Shown: positions 28,273 through 37,155 of the stretch, piece by piece | Position numbering within the stretch: position 1 is the first letter of the stretch | Layout of the letters: each line of letters begins with the position of its first letter | Assembly (NCBI GenBank): GCA_947085655.1 | Contig: CAMTXH010000013.1 | Span: 23,513-87,512, forward strand | Origin: an uncultured Omnitrophica bacterium | Lineage (GTDB): Bacteria > Omnitrophota > Gorgyraeia > JACQQV01 | Direction: 5' to 3' | DNA: 64,000 nucleotides | Translations under genes and position numbers: made by a program | The notes under the pieces: model-generated | What the model saw: the letters and a program-made list of their open reading frames with translations, nothing else | The model's database searches: none | Told to the model about the DNA's origin: nothing

Positions 28273-29634
28273 GTGAAGCACGAAGCAGTTCTCGAAGCCC
28301 TTTCCTCGGTTCAGGATCCGGGAAAAGGAAGGGACATTGTCTCTCTCGGCTACGTTCAGGATTTGCGAGTCGACGGGGGAAAGGTCCGCTTTCGAATCCA
28401 GTCCCCGATTCCTCCCGGGGAAGTGCGTGACCATCTTCGGGAAGCGGCCCACGAGGCCGTTTCAAAACTTTCGGGCGTGACAGAGGTCGGCGTGGTGATG
28501 ACCTCCCTCATTCAAAAACCCGAAAGAACCGCTTCTCCTCAAGAAACCGTTTCTCCCTCTTCCGCCAAGGAACGTCTTATCCCGAACGTGAAATCGGTGA
28601 TTCCGGTTGCAAGCGGAAAAGGAGGCGTCGGAAAATCGACGGTGAGCGTGAATCTGGCGCTCGCCCTGGCCCATCGCGGCGCCCGTGTCGGGATTATGGA
28701 TGCGGATGTTTACGGGCCGACGATTCCGACCCTTTTGGGGATTGCGAAGCAGCCGGACGCACTCGACGACCATCGACTGATCCCGGTCGAACAATACGGC
28801 CTCAAAGTGATGTCCATGGGATTTTTCCTGAAAGAGGATGATGCGGTCGTCTGGCGCGGCCCGATGCTTCACAAAGCGATTGAACAGTTTCTCGGCGGCG
28901 TGGCGTGGGAAGAACTCGATTATTTAATCGTCGATCTGCCGCCCGGAACCGGCGATATCCAATTGAGTCTTTGTCAAACCATTCCCCTCACGGGTGCGGT
29001 GATTGTTTCCACGCCGCAGGATGTGGCTCTCCGGGTGGCTCAAAAAGCGATCGCGATGTTCCATAAACTGAACGCCCCGATTCTGGGGATGATCGAAAAT
29101 ATGAGTCATTTTATCTGCAGTCATTGCGGAAAGCGGGAGGATATCTTCGGAACGGGCGGCGCGCGAAAGGCGGCGGAGCGGCTCGGCATTCCTTTCCTCG
29201 GGGAGATTCCCCTTGCGACACCGGTCCGGGTTCAGTCGGACGAGGGAAAACCGATTGTGATTTCAGACCCAAACTCACCGGTCACCCAGGCCTTTATTCA
29301 GGCGGCGGAGAAATTGGCCGAAGAGGTGAAAAGCCGCGACAAAGCGCCCGAACTCCCCGACATCACCCGTCCCGACGCCCATCACATCCGGATTCAGTGG
29401 AAAGACGGCTATGAGCGTCTTTTCCCGGTGCGGGAGCTGCGCCTTGAGTGTCCTTGTGCCGGTTGTCTTGATGAGATGACCGGAAAACGGCGGTTCGACC
29501 CGGCCACCATCCCGCCGGATGTCCACCCCCTCCACATTTCTCTCGTCGGTAATTATGCGATTAATATCCGCTGGAGTGACGGCCACCAGACCGGTATTTA
29601 CTCCTTCACAAAACTTCGCGGCCCCCGCCCCTGA
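28273..29634 (+). CDS. apbC: Mrp/ApbC Fe-S carrier ATPase with N-terminal DUF59 and C-terminal DUF971-like domain
   Basis: GKGGVGKS, DLPPGTGD, ENMS..CSHC; C-terminal LECPCAGC, WSDGH.TGIY. Confidence 0.92.
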   Translation: MKHEAVLEALSSVQDPGKGRDIVSLGYVQDLRVDGGKVRFRIQSPIPPGEVRDHLREAAHEAVSKLSGVTEVGVVMTSLIQKPERTASPQETVSPSSAKERLIPNVKSVIPVASGKGGVGKSTVSVNLALALAHRGARVGIMDADVYGPTIPTLLGIAKQPDALDDHRLIPVEQYGLKVMSMGFFLKEDDAVVWRGPMLHKAIEQFLGGVAWEELDYLIVDLPPGTGDIQLSLCQTIPLTGAVIVSTPQDVALRVAQKAIAMFHKLNAPILGMIENMSHFICSHCGKREDIFGTGGARKAAERLGIPFLGEIPLATPVRVQSDEGKPIVISDPNSPVTQAFIQAAEKLAEEVKSRDKAPELPDITRPDAHHIRIQWKDGYERLFPVRELRLECPCAGCLDEMTGKRRFDPATIPPDVHPLHISLVGNYAINIRWSDGHQTGIYSFTKLRGPRP

Positions 29635-29641
29635 GAATTCA

Positions 29642-30766
29642 ATGTCTATCGTTTTTAAAATTTGCCGGATGATCCTCTGCTGGGTTCTTATCGGGGGAAG
29701 TGTTTCTGTAGCGGCCGCGGCGGAGGAGGGAAGATTCGGCGTCATTGTCGGCGGAAAGGGGAAACTTCCCAATCTGGTGGATGTCGTCCAGGACCTCGGC
29801 GCCGATTGGGTCAGAATGAATTATTCCCTCGGTGAGAAGAATCAGGACCCGAGACGGTTCTTTGAAGCCGGGATCCATGTGGTGATGACCTTCAACAACA
29901 CGGATCCGACGAATATCGATACCTCCTATGGAACCCTTGACGCTTTTCCGAACGCCGGTTTTCCCTTTAAGTCAAAACGAATTTATCAGGAAAGCGTAAG
30001 GGCAGCGCTTAAACCCCTCCTTCCTTATCTTGCCAAAGGCGCCCAGGTCTGGGCTCAATGCGAAAACGAAGTGGGCGATGCTTCCCTCAATCCGAAATCG
30101 CGATACTGGCGAGGAACCATGGACCAATATCTGGTGCAGTTGGACGCTTTTTACGAGGCGGTGAAATCTTTGAATCCTTCGATTCCGGTGGTCCTTACCA
30201 GTTTTCCCTCGGAATCACTCGACCATGCTCTCGACAAAGGGGACGACCGCTCCAAATATGCCGCCAGCCGCATCACCGCCCTTCTCTCAAAAGGACGGTA
30301 CGATGCCGTGGACCTTCATTTCTACGGATGCGTCGAGGAGATTCCTGCAAAGGTGCGGTGGGTTAAGAGCCAGTTGGCCCCCGGCAAGCGATGGATCTCG
30401 ACGGAGAATGGGGGTCCTGATTCCCGGTGCCCCGCCACACCTTTGACGTGGGAGGAAAATCCGGGGCAATTTGAAAAAATCCAGGCCCAACAGGTGGCCG
30501 GCCGGCTTTCGGCATGCGCTGAAAACGGAGGGAGTATCTGTCTATGGTTCTCACTTTTGGATCTAAGGAAAGAAGTCGAAGTCTTCAGGCACCTGGGCCT
30601 CATCGACCAATCCTCTGTGAAAGAGACATTCGTTGGAAAAGGGGTTCGTCCGAAGAAGAAACGTCCTTCCGCGCTTCCGGCGGAGAAAACAGAGGACATT
30701 CTGAAATCGATGCGCAGAAAGCCCGCCTACCAGGCCTTCAAGACCTTCACGGCTGCCCATCGTTAA
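29642..30766 (+). CDS. secreted clan GH-A-like glycoside hydrolase
   Basis: Signal peptide; ENE acid/base, DAVDLHFY, ISTENG nucleophile, RKPAY. Confidence 0.7.
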   Translation: MSIVFKICRMILCWVLIGGSVSVAAAAEEGRFGVIVGGKGKLPNLVDVVQDLGADWVRMNYSLGEKNQDPRRFFEAGIHVVMTFNNTDPTNIDTSYGTLDAFPNAGFPFKSKRIYQESVRAALKPLLPYLAKGAQVWAQCENEVGDASLNPKSRYWRGTMDQYLVQLDAFYEAVKSLNPSIPVVLTSFPSESLDHALDKGDDRSKYAASRITALLSKGRYDAVDLHFYGCVEEIPAKVRWVKSQLAPGKRWISTENGGPDSRCPATPLTWEENPGQFEKIQAQQVAGRLSACAENGGSICLWFSLLDLRKEVEVFRHLGLIDQSSVKETFVGKGVRPKKKRPSALPAEKTEDILKSMRRKPAYQAFKTFTAAHR

Positions 30767-30772
30767 TCCGGT

Positions 30773-31276
30773 TTAGAGACTGCCTCTCTTCAATTTTGGA
30801 AACCAGCGGGGGATTTTTCGTTTATATTCCCGGTAGGCCTTCCCGAAGCGCCTCTCCAGCTCCGGCTCCTCAAAGAAAATAAGCCACACATTTCCGATGA
30901 TCGAAAGGATGCCGAGATACCCCAGTAGAATCTTGGAGCGGAAAAAGAGCGCTTCGGCAAGAAGGATGAGAAAGACACCTGCCATGAGAGGATTCCGCAT
31001 GATCCGGTAAGGACCTTCGGTCACGAAATGTTTCGGCGGATCGAGCGGCATGGGAGTGCCAAGGCCTATCCGGTTGAAAAGATCGACGGACCAAACCGTT
31101 AATGCGATGCCCATCGCAAAAATAAATATTGCAATCATTGCAATCGTATCCCATCTCACCACCCCTTCTTCCTTAAAAAGGAATTTAAATCCCATCGGGA
31201 TCACGACCAAGATCGATCCGAGAAAAAAGAGTGCCCAGCCGAGCGTTTTCCATCGGACCCGCGTCAGTTCTTTCAT
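30773..31276 (-). CDS. isoprenylcysteine carboxylmethyltransferase / PEMT family protein
   Basis: GPYRIMRNPL, EEPELERRFGKAY. Confidence 0.88.
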   Translation of the reverse strand: MKELTRVRWKTLGWALFFLGSILVVIPMGFKFLFKEEGVVRWDTIAMIAIFIFAMGIALTVWSVDLFNRIGLGTPMPLDPPKHFVTEGPYRIMRNPLMAGVFLILLAEALFFRSKILLGYLGILSIIGNVWLIFFEEPELERRFGKAYREYKRKIPRWFPKLKRGSL

Positions 31277-31283
31277 CCGTTTG

Positions 31284-31775
31284 TTATCGCTTCAGTTTTG
31301 CCCGGAGTTTGCTTAAGTTGACGACATCTTCCTGGTTATAGGTGAGAAGTTTCCGGAGGGAGGATGCATTGCCGGCGCGGTATTGATACCAGAGTTGCAC
31401 CGCCATCCAGCCGTCCACATCCCACGTTTTCCGGGGGATACGAAGCAGCCGTTCCACCACTTTTAATCCGCCGTACAACCCCCGCTCCCAGCAAGCAAAC
31501 ATCAAGTCTTCATGGCGGCATTTTTTTTCGACTCTAACGCCGGTTTTGGCTTCGATGAAGGGAAGGTCAAAACGGGTCCCATTGTAGGTGTAGACGGTAT
31601 CGACAACCGAAAGGGTTTTCCTGAGGAGGCGCGGGGTGATCTGTCTGCCGTAAGGTTGGGTCAGAATCGCGCGGTTTCGGTCATAAACTACATAAAGGCC
31701 CACGACAGTCAGTTCTGCGCTTTCGGGACTGAATCCAGTTGTCTCGATATCAAGATAACCCGCTACTCGCACCAT
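31284..31775 (-). CDS. YprB-like RNase H-fold exonuclease
   Basis: LDIETTG, YNGTRFDLPF, GGLK, YNQEDV. Confidence 0.88.
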   Translation of the reverse strand: MVRVAGYLDIETTGFSPESAELTVVGLYVVYDRNRAILTQPYGRQITPRLLRKTLSVVDTVYTYNGTRFDLPFIEAKTGVRVEKKCRHEDLMFACWERGLYGGLKVVERLLRIPRKTWDVDGWMAVQLWYQYRAGNASSLRKLLTYNQEDVVNLSKLRAKLKR

Positions 31776-32022
31776 AGATTCGCATTATATCACGCAAGGG
31801 ACGCTTTCACATAAATATTAGTCAAAGCAAAGTGCCGTCCCGATTCATCCTTGAACCGCTTTATTCTGATACCTACACGCTCTTCCACCCGATGGGCCAT
31901 TGTGTTCCTCTGATGAATAGTATAAGATAAAAACAGAATGTGTCACCTTCCTTAATCTTTAAAGAAAGAGGACACTTCTGGGAGCAGAACTAGAAACGTC
32001 TCCTAAAGGAGAGGGAGGGAAG

Positions 32023-32196
32023 ATGGGAACCACATTTGGAAAGAGTCAGAAAGTTGAAGAGGTCGCCAAGCAGGTTATCGATCTATTGATGGGTGAGAAT
32101 CTTGTGGCGAACGAAATTTTCGATGTCATTTCGGAAGTGCAAAAATACGCGCTTCATAAAATGATCGGGGAGGACTTCCGCGCCCTGACGGGATGA
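32023..32196 (+). CDS. 57-aa hypothetical protein (not in ORF track)
   Basis: Purine-rich RBS AGGAGAGGGAGG; MGTTFGKSQKVEEVAKQVIDLLMGENLVANEIFDVISEVQKYALHKMIGEDFRALTG. Confidence 0.6.
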   Translation: MGTTFGKSQKVEEVAKQVIDLLMGENLVANEIFDVISEVQKYALHKMIGEDFRALTG

Positions 32197-32278
32197 AGAT
32201 CCTGGTCAGGACAGGCCCTCTTCGATTGATGGTCTTCCCATCAGCGACTGGGTGCCGAATGAAATACTCCAAATCTTT

Positions 32279-32342
32279 GGGACGTTTTCGAAAGTGTCCC
32301 TTGTATCACCCTTACGCTAGGGACACTTTCTGAAAACGTCCC
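32279..32342. repeat. 23-bp inverted repeat of REP-like GGGAC...GTCCC units between convergent genes
   Basis: GGGACGTTTTCGAAAGTGTCCCT / AGGGACACTTTCTGAAAACGTCCC (one bulge). Confidence 0.8.
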
Positions 32343-32701
32343 TATTTCAATTCCTTGGGGAGTGCCTCGATCTTCGAGGCAAGGATGAAGTCGTTTTCAG
32401 AGAGCCCCTTGATCGCATGCGTGGAGAGCTCCACCCGGAGTTTCCGGTAGCCGGTAAGGTGCAGATCCGGATGGTGATCTTCCCCTTCGGCCACCTCTGC
32501 AATTTTCTGGATGAGCCGGACCGCGGACAAAAAATCCTTCATGACAAAGGTCTTCTGAATGGCATTTCCGTTTTCTCCTAAGGCCCATCCTTCCAATACG
32601 TTAAGATAACCTTTTGCGGTCTCTGCATTCATCGGTGACATGCCGCCCTCGCACGGCCTACACTTTTTTCGACACAGTTCATCCGCATTCGGAACTCCCA
32701 T
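32342..32701 (-). CDS. phhB: pterin-4a-carbinolamine dehydratase
   Basis: CRPCEGG, EDHHPD, THAIKGLSENDFILA. Confidence 0.92.
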   Translation of the reverse strand: MGVPNADELCRKKCRPCEGGMSPMNAETAKGYLNVLEGWALGENGNAIQKTFVMKDFLSAVRLIQKIAEVAEGEDHHPDLHLTGYRKLRVELSTHAIKGLSENDFILASKIEALPKELK

Positions 32702-32762
32702 GGCACCCTCCTTGTGTTTCAATTTCAACTGCGTTATAATATTATAAAGGGTGCAAGCGGCC

Positions 32763-33230
32763 ATGTCAGCGAAAACATTTTTCGGAGAAGCGAAGGTCAC
32801 GGAATGTCCGATCACGACGCCGGTCGTAGTCTCCCCAACCACCTCTCTCATCGAGACGGTTGAGAAGATGCGGGAGCGGGGTCGGGGCTACGCCATGATC
32901 TGTGTCAAAAACAAGCTCCGCGGGCTCTTTACCGAAAGGGATTTTCTTTACAAAGTGATCGGGAAGGACATTCCGCCGGATACGCCCATTCAGAAACTTA
33001 TGCGGACGAATCTGATCACCATTACCAAAGAAGCGACGCTGGCGGAGGCGATTGAATTGATGGACAGGCACAAGTACCGTCGGCTGCCGCTTGTGGATGA
33101 GAAGGGAAATGCGATCGGAATGATCACCGTCTTCGACATTATCCGTTATCTGTCGGAACATTTTCCGGCGGAAGTGGGGAATCTTCCGCCGAAACTCGAT
33201 CAGAAAAGTCTCACCCCGGAGGGGGGTTGA
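32763..33230 (+). CDS. CBS domain protein
   Basis: GLFTERD, RRLPLVD, GMITVFD. Confidence 0.9.
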   Translation: MSAKTFFGEAKVTECPITTPVVVSPTTSLIETVEKMRERGRGYAMICVKNKLRGLFTERDFLYKVIGKDIPPDTPIQKLMRTNLITITKEATLAEAIELMDRHKYRRLPLVDEKGNAIGMITVFDIIRYLSEHFPAEVGNLPPKLDQKSLTPEGG

Positions 33231-33236
33231 TTCAAA

Positions 33237-35150
33237 ATGGTTCGGGGAGCACCCAGAGGAACACAGGGCAGCACCAACGAGGAGGATTCCGACCCGCACG
33301 CCCGTGCCGTTTCCAAAAAAACACGGCAGGGGATCGATCGGATCGTGGTCCGTTTTGCCGGTGACTCGGGCGATGGAATGCAGCTTGCCGGCATGCAGTT
33401 TACGGATACGACGGCTCTCGTCGGAAACGACTTAAGCACTTTTCCGAGCTTTCCGGCGGAGATTCGCGCCCCGGCCGGCACGCTTCCGGGGGTGAGCGGG
33501 TTTCAAATTCACTTTTCGGACGAGGACATCAAAACACCGGGGGACGAACCGAATGTCCTGGTGGTGATGAACCCTGCCGCACTCAGGGTGAATCTTTCCG
33601 ATCTCCCCGAAGGAGGTGTCATCATTGCCAATCGCGACACCTTCACCGAAAACAATCTCGATAAAGCGGGTTATAAGGAAAACCCCCTTACCGACGGCTC
33701 TCTTTCAAAATACCGGGTGATTTCGCTTCCAATCAGCACCCTGAATGCGGAGGCGGTGAAGGATATCCCGGAGCTGACCCGAGCCCAAGCCGACCGGTGC
33801 AAAAACTTCTTTGCCCTCGGCATTATGTTCTGGCTGTACGACCGGCCGCTGGATTATACCCTTCAGTGGATCCGGGAAAAATTTTCCAAGATGCCGAGTG
33901 TGGCGCAGGCGAACGAAAAAGCCCTTAAGGGGGGATACACCTTTGCCATCGCGACAGAACAGCTGCCGGTTCAGTATCACGTTAATCCGGCTCCCATCGA
34001 ACCGGGCCTTTACCGGAATATCACCGGAAACGAGGCGGTTGCCGTCGGTTTGATTGCGGCCGCCAAACTTACCGGCAAAACGGTTTTCTACGGGAGTTAC
34101 CCGATCACTCCGGCGAGCGACATCCTCCATGAACTTTCAAGATACAAAAACTTCCATGTTAAGACGTTTCAAGCCGAAGATGAAATCGCCGCTGTCTCTG
34201 CGGCGATCGGCGCCTCCTTTGCGGGTCAACTGGGTGTTACCGGCACGAGCGGCCCCGGATTCGCTCTGAAAGCGGAGGCGATTAACCTCGCGGTGATGAC
34301 GGAACTTCCCCTCATCGTCATGGATATCCAGCGGGGAGGGCCGAGTACGGGATTGCCGACCAAGACCGAACAGGCAGATCTGCTCCAGGCCTTTGCAGGC
34401 CGCAACTCGGAAAGTCCTGTTGCCATTGTCGCAGCGGCCACTCCCGGAGACTGTTTCTATATGATCCTGGAGGCGGTCCGGATTGCCATAACCTATATGA
34501 CGCCCGTCGTCTTCCTTTCGGACGGATATCTGGCCAGTGGTTCCGAGCCCTGGAAAATCCCGAAGGTCTCCGAACTTCCCAAATTCCATATTGTCCACTG
34601 GACCGCTTCGGAAGGTTTTTATCCGTATCTTCGGGATCCGAAAACCCTGGCCCGCCCGTGGGTCATTCCCGGAACGCCGGGCCTTGAGCACCGGATCGGC
34701 GGCCTTGAAAAATCGGATGTCACCGGAAATGTGAGTTACGATCCGTTGAACCACCAGAAGATGACGGAGCTCCGGGCAAAGAAGATTGCCGGGATCGCGG
34801 AGACGATTCCGGATCTCGAGATTTTCGGGAAAGAGGAAGGGGAACTCCTTGTCGTCGGCTGGGGTTCGACTTACGGGGCGATCTATGCGGCCGTGGACCG
34901 GGTTCAGAAAAAAGGCCGGAGCGTTTCAGCCATTCACCTGCGTTATCTGAATCCCTTCCCACGGAATTTGGGGGAGGTCCTCCGCCGCTTCAAAAAGATC
35001 CTGGTTCCGGAGGGGAACCTGGGCCAGCTCCTCCTCCTTTTGCGGGGGAAGTACCTTGTGGAGGCGACCGGCCTTCATAAGGTTCAGGGAAGGCCTTTCC
35101 AGATCCGGGAGATCGAACAGAAAATCGAGGAGATGTTGCGTTGGCGATGA
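33237..35150 (+). CDS. korA: 2-oxoacid:ferredoxin oxidoreductase alpha subunit (gamma-alpha fusion)
   Basis: AGDSGDG, YPITP, QAEDE, QRGGPSTG. Confidence 0.95.
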   Translation: MVRGAPRGTQGSTNEEDSDPHARAVSKKTRQGIDRIVVRFAGDSGDGMQLAGMQFTDTTALVGNDLSTFPSFPAEIRAPAGTLPGVSGFQIHFSDEDIKTPGDEPNVLVVMNPAALRVNLSDLPEGGVIIANRDTFTENNLDKAGYKENPLTDGSLSKYRVISLPISTLNAEAVKDIPELTRAQADRCKNFFALGIMFWLYDRPLDYTLQWIREKFSKMPSVAQANEKALKGGYTFAIATEQLPVQYHVNPAPIEPGLYRNITGNEAVAVGLIAAAKLTGKTVFYGSYPITPASDILHELSRYKNFHVKTFQAEDEIAAVSAAIGASFAGQLGVTGTSGPGFALKAEAINLAVMTELPLIVMDIQRGGPSTGLPTKTEQADLLQAFAGRNSESPVAIVAAATPGDCFYMILEAVRIAITYMTPVVFLSDGYLASGSEPWKIPKVSELPKFHIVHWTASEGFYPYLRDPKTLARPWVIPGTPGLEHRIGGLEKSDVTGNVSYDPLNHQKMTELRAKKIAGIAETIPDLEIFGKEEGELLVVGWGSTYGAIYAAVDRVQKKGRSVSAIHLRYLNPFPRNLGEVLRRFKKILVPEGNLGQLLLLLRGKYLVEATGLHKVQGRPFQIREIEQKIEEMLRWR

Positions 35151-36175
35151 ACCCAGAAACCTTGCCGAATGAACCGATAAAACTGACGCCCAAGGATTTT
35201 GTTTCGGGCCAGGACGTCCGGTGGTGCCCCGGCTGCGGGGATTACTCCATTCTTTCCCAGATGCAGAAGGCCCTTGCGGATGTGGGGCTCCCGAGGGAAA
35301 AATTTGTCTTTGTCTCGGGGATCGGCTGCGCGGCCCGTTTTCCGTATTACATGAACACCTACGGATTTCACACGATTCACGGACGCGCCCCCGCCATCGC
35401 GACCGGTTTGAAATGCGCCAATCCGGATCTCTCCGTCTGGGTCATCACCGGGGACGGGGACGGTTTGAGCATCGGCGGAAACCACCTGATTCACTGCATC
35501 CGCCGGAATCTTGATCTCAACATCCTCCTTTTCAACAACAAAATCTACGGGCTGACAAAGGGCCAGTACTCCCCAACATCCGAATTCGGGAAGAAAACCA
35601 AATCATCCCCCGACGGTTCGATCGAACATCCGATCAATCCCCTCTGCATCGCCATCGCCGCGGAGGCGACGTTTGTGGCGCGTTCGATCGATGTCTACAC
35701 CCAGCATCTTGTCGAAACGATTAAGCGGGCAGCGGCCCACAAAGGAACCTCTTTTGTGGAGATTTATCAAAACTGCATTGTTTTTAATGACAAGGCATTC
35801 GGGGACGTGACGGACCGTGCGGTCCGGGATGACCGGATCCTGGTGTTGGAGCATGGGAAACCGATGCGCTTCGGGAAAAACAAAGAATTCGGCATCCGTC
35901 TGAAAGGGCTTCAGCCGGAGGTGGTCAAGGTGGATGAAGTCGGTGAGAAGGCCCTCTTGGTCCATAATGAACAAGACCCCGAGCCGAATCTGGCGTATCT
36001 TCTGACCCAGATGCAGAATCCTGATTTTCCGGTGCCGATCGGTGTCTTTCGGTTTGTAGAGCGGCCTACCTACGACGGCATGCTGAACCAAAAAGTCACC
36101 GAGCTGATTCAGCAGCAGGGAGAAGGGAATCTGGAAGAGGTCCTTCGAGGCCCGGCCACCTGGACGGTAAAATAA
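35147..36175 (+). CDS. korB: 2-oxoacid:ferredoxin oxidoreductase beta subunit
   Basis: WCPGCG, SGIGC, GDGD TPP motif. Confidence 0.95.
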   Translation: MNPETLPNEPIKLTPKDFVSGQDVRWCPGCGDYSILSQMQKALADVGLPREKFVFVSGIGCAARFPYYMNTYGFHTIHGRAPAIATGLKCANPDLSVWVITGDGDGLSIGGNHLIHCIRRNLDLNILLFNNKIYGLTKGQYSPTSEFGKKTKSSPDGSIEHPINPLCIAIAAEATFVARSIDVYTQHLVETIKRAAAHKGTSFVEIYQNCIVFNDKAFGDVTDRAVRDDRILVLEHGKPMRFGKNKEFGIRLKGLQPEVVKVDEVGEKALLVHNEQDPEPNLAYLLTQMQNPDFPVPIGVFRFVERPTYDGMLNQKVTELIQQQGEGNLEEVLRGPATWTVK

Positions 36176-36182
36176 GGAGGAA

Positions 36183-36725
36183 ATGATGGTCCTCATCTGC
36201 CCGCATTGCGGACACGAAAATATCGCCGGCGCGGACTTTTGCGAGGCCTGTCGCCATGATTTGCAGCCCGAGTCCATTCCGCAGCCGACCGAGGGTCTTC
36301 AAAAACGGATTATGTCGGAGTCCCTTTCCCGGCTGCACCCCTCCACGCCGATTTTGGTCACAGCCGAAACACCCCTGTCGGACGTTATCCGGCAGATGCA
36401 GGAGAGACAACAGGGAAGCGCTTTAATTGTGAATGAGGAGGGGGAGTTGATCGGCATCGTTACCGACCGGGATATCATTCAAAAGGTCGGTTTTCGCTCC
36501 TCGGGATTGGAGAAACTGCCGGTTGGAGAAGTGATGACGCATGACCCGGTGGCCCTGAAAAGGGAAGACTCCATCGCCTTTGCACTCAACAAAATGTGCG
36601 TGGGAGGGTTTCGCCACATCCCGATCGTGAAAGACGGAAAACCGACCGGGACCCTCACCGTCAAGGACCTTTTCCACCACCTATGTCAACCGGAGTCAGA
36701 GGCCGAAACACCTTACCCTGACTAA
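36183..36725 (+). CDS. zinc-ribbon + CBS domain protein
   Basis: CPHC...CEAC; GIVTDRD, GGFRHIPIV. Confidence 0.88.
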   Translation: MMVLICPHCGHENIAGADFCEACRHDLQPESIPQPTEGLQKRIMSESLSRLHPSTPILVTAETPLSDVIRQMQERQQGSALIVNEEGELIGIVTDRDIIQKVGFRSSGLEKLPVGEVMTHDPVALKREDSIAFALNKMCVGGFRHIPIVKDGKPTGTLTVKDLFHHLCQPESEAETPYPD

Positions 36726-36740
36726 CAACCGGGTCTGAGA

Positions 36741-37082
36741 TTACTTGGAGAAGAGTTGGTTGCCGTTTTCCGGAAGCGGAACATCGACGCTCGTGATCGG
36801 AAAGGTTCCCAGATGAAGCGCCCCGCCGACCGTCTGTCCCACCGTGTTGAAAATCCCCTTTCCGAACCCGACCGCAAAGTTACCCCCTTCACGGCTTTCA
36901 TCCACCGGCTGAGTGAAAATTTCTGTCCAACCGAGGGCGGTATTTTTCAACCCGAAACCGAACTTGGCATTGGCCCGGTTGACGTAGCCATACTCCTCCG
37001 TCCACGGACTTCCTGCAAACGCGGCGGTAGGAACGGCCACCAAGGCCAGGACGACCGCCAGAGTGAATATCCTCTTTAACAT
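36741..37082 (-). CDS. TIGR04073-like secreted protein
   Basis: Signal peptide; KFGFGLKNTALGWTEI...GFGKG...TFP. Confidence 0.7.
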   Translation of the reverse strand: MLKRIFTLAVVLALVAVPTAAFAGSPWTEEYGYVNRANAKFGFGLKNTALGWTEIFTQPVDESREGGNFAVGFGKGIFNTVGQTVGGALHLGTFPITSVDVPLPENGNQLFSK

Positions 37083-37155
37083 CCGTCACCTCCTCTTGTT
37101 GTGAACCCTTTTGATTTTAATACAATCTTCGATGCAGTTGCAACAAAAAAATGAA

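Noticed and set aside
31284-31775. RNase H-fold nuclease as a defence gene
   Set aside because: Common stand-alone YprB-like family; no defence partners nearby
32279-32342. Palindromic repeats as a CRISPR array or IS ends
   Set aside because: No regularly spaced direct repeats, cas genes or transposase
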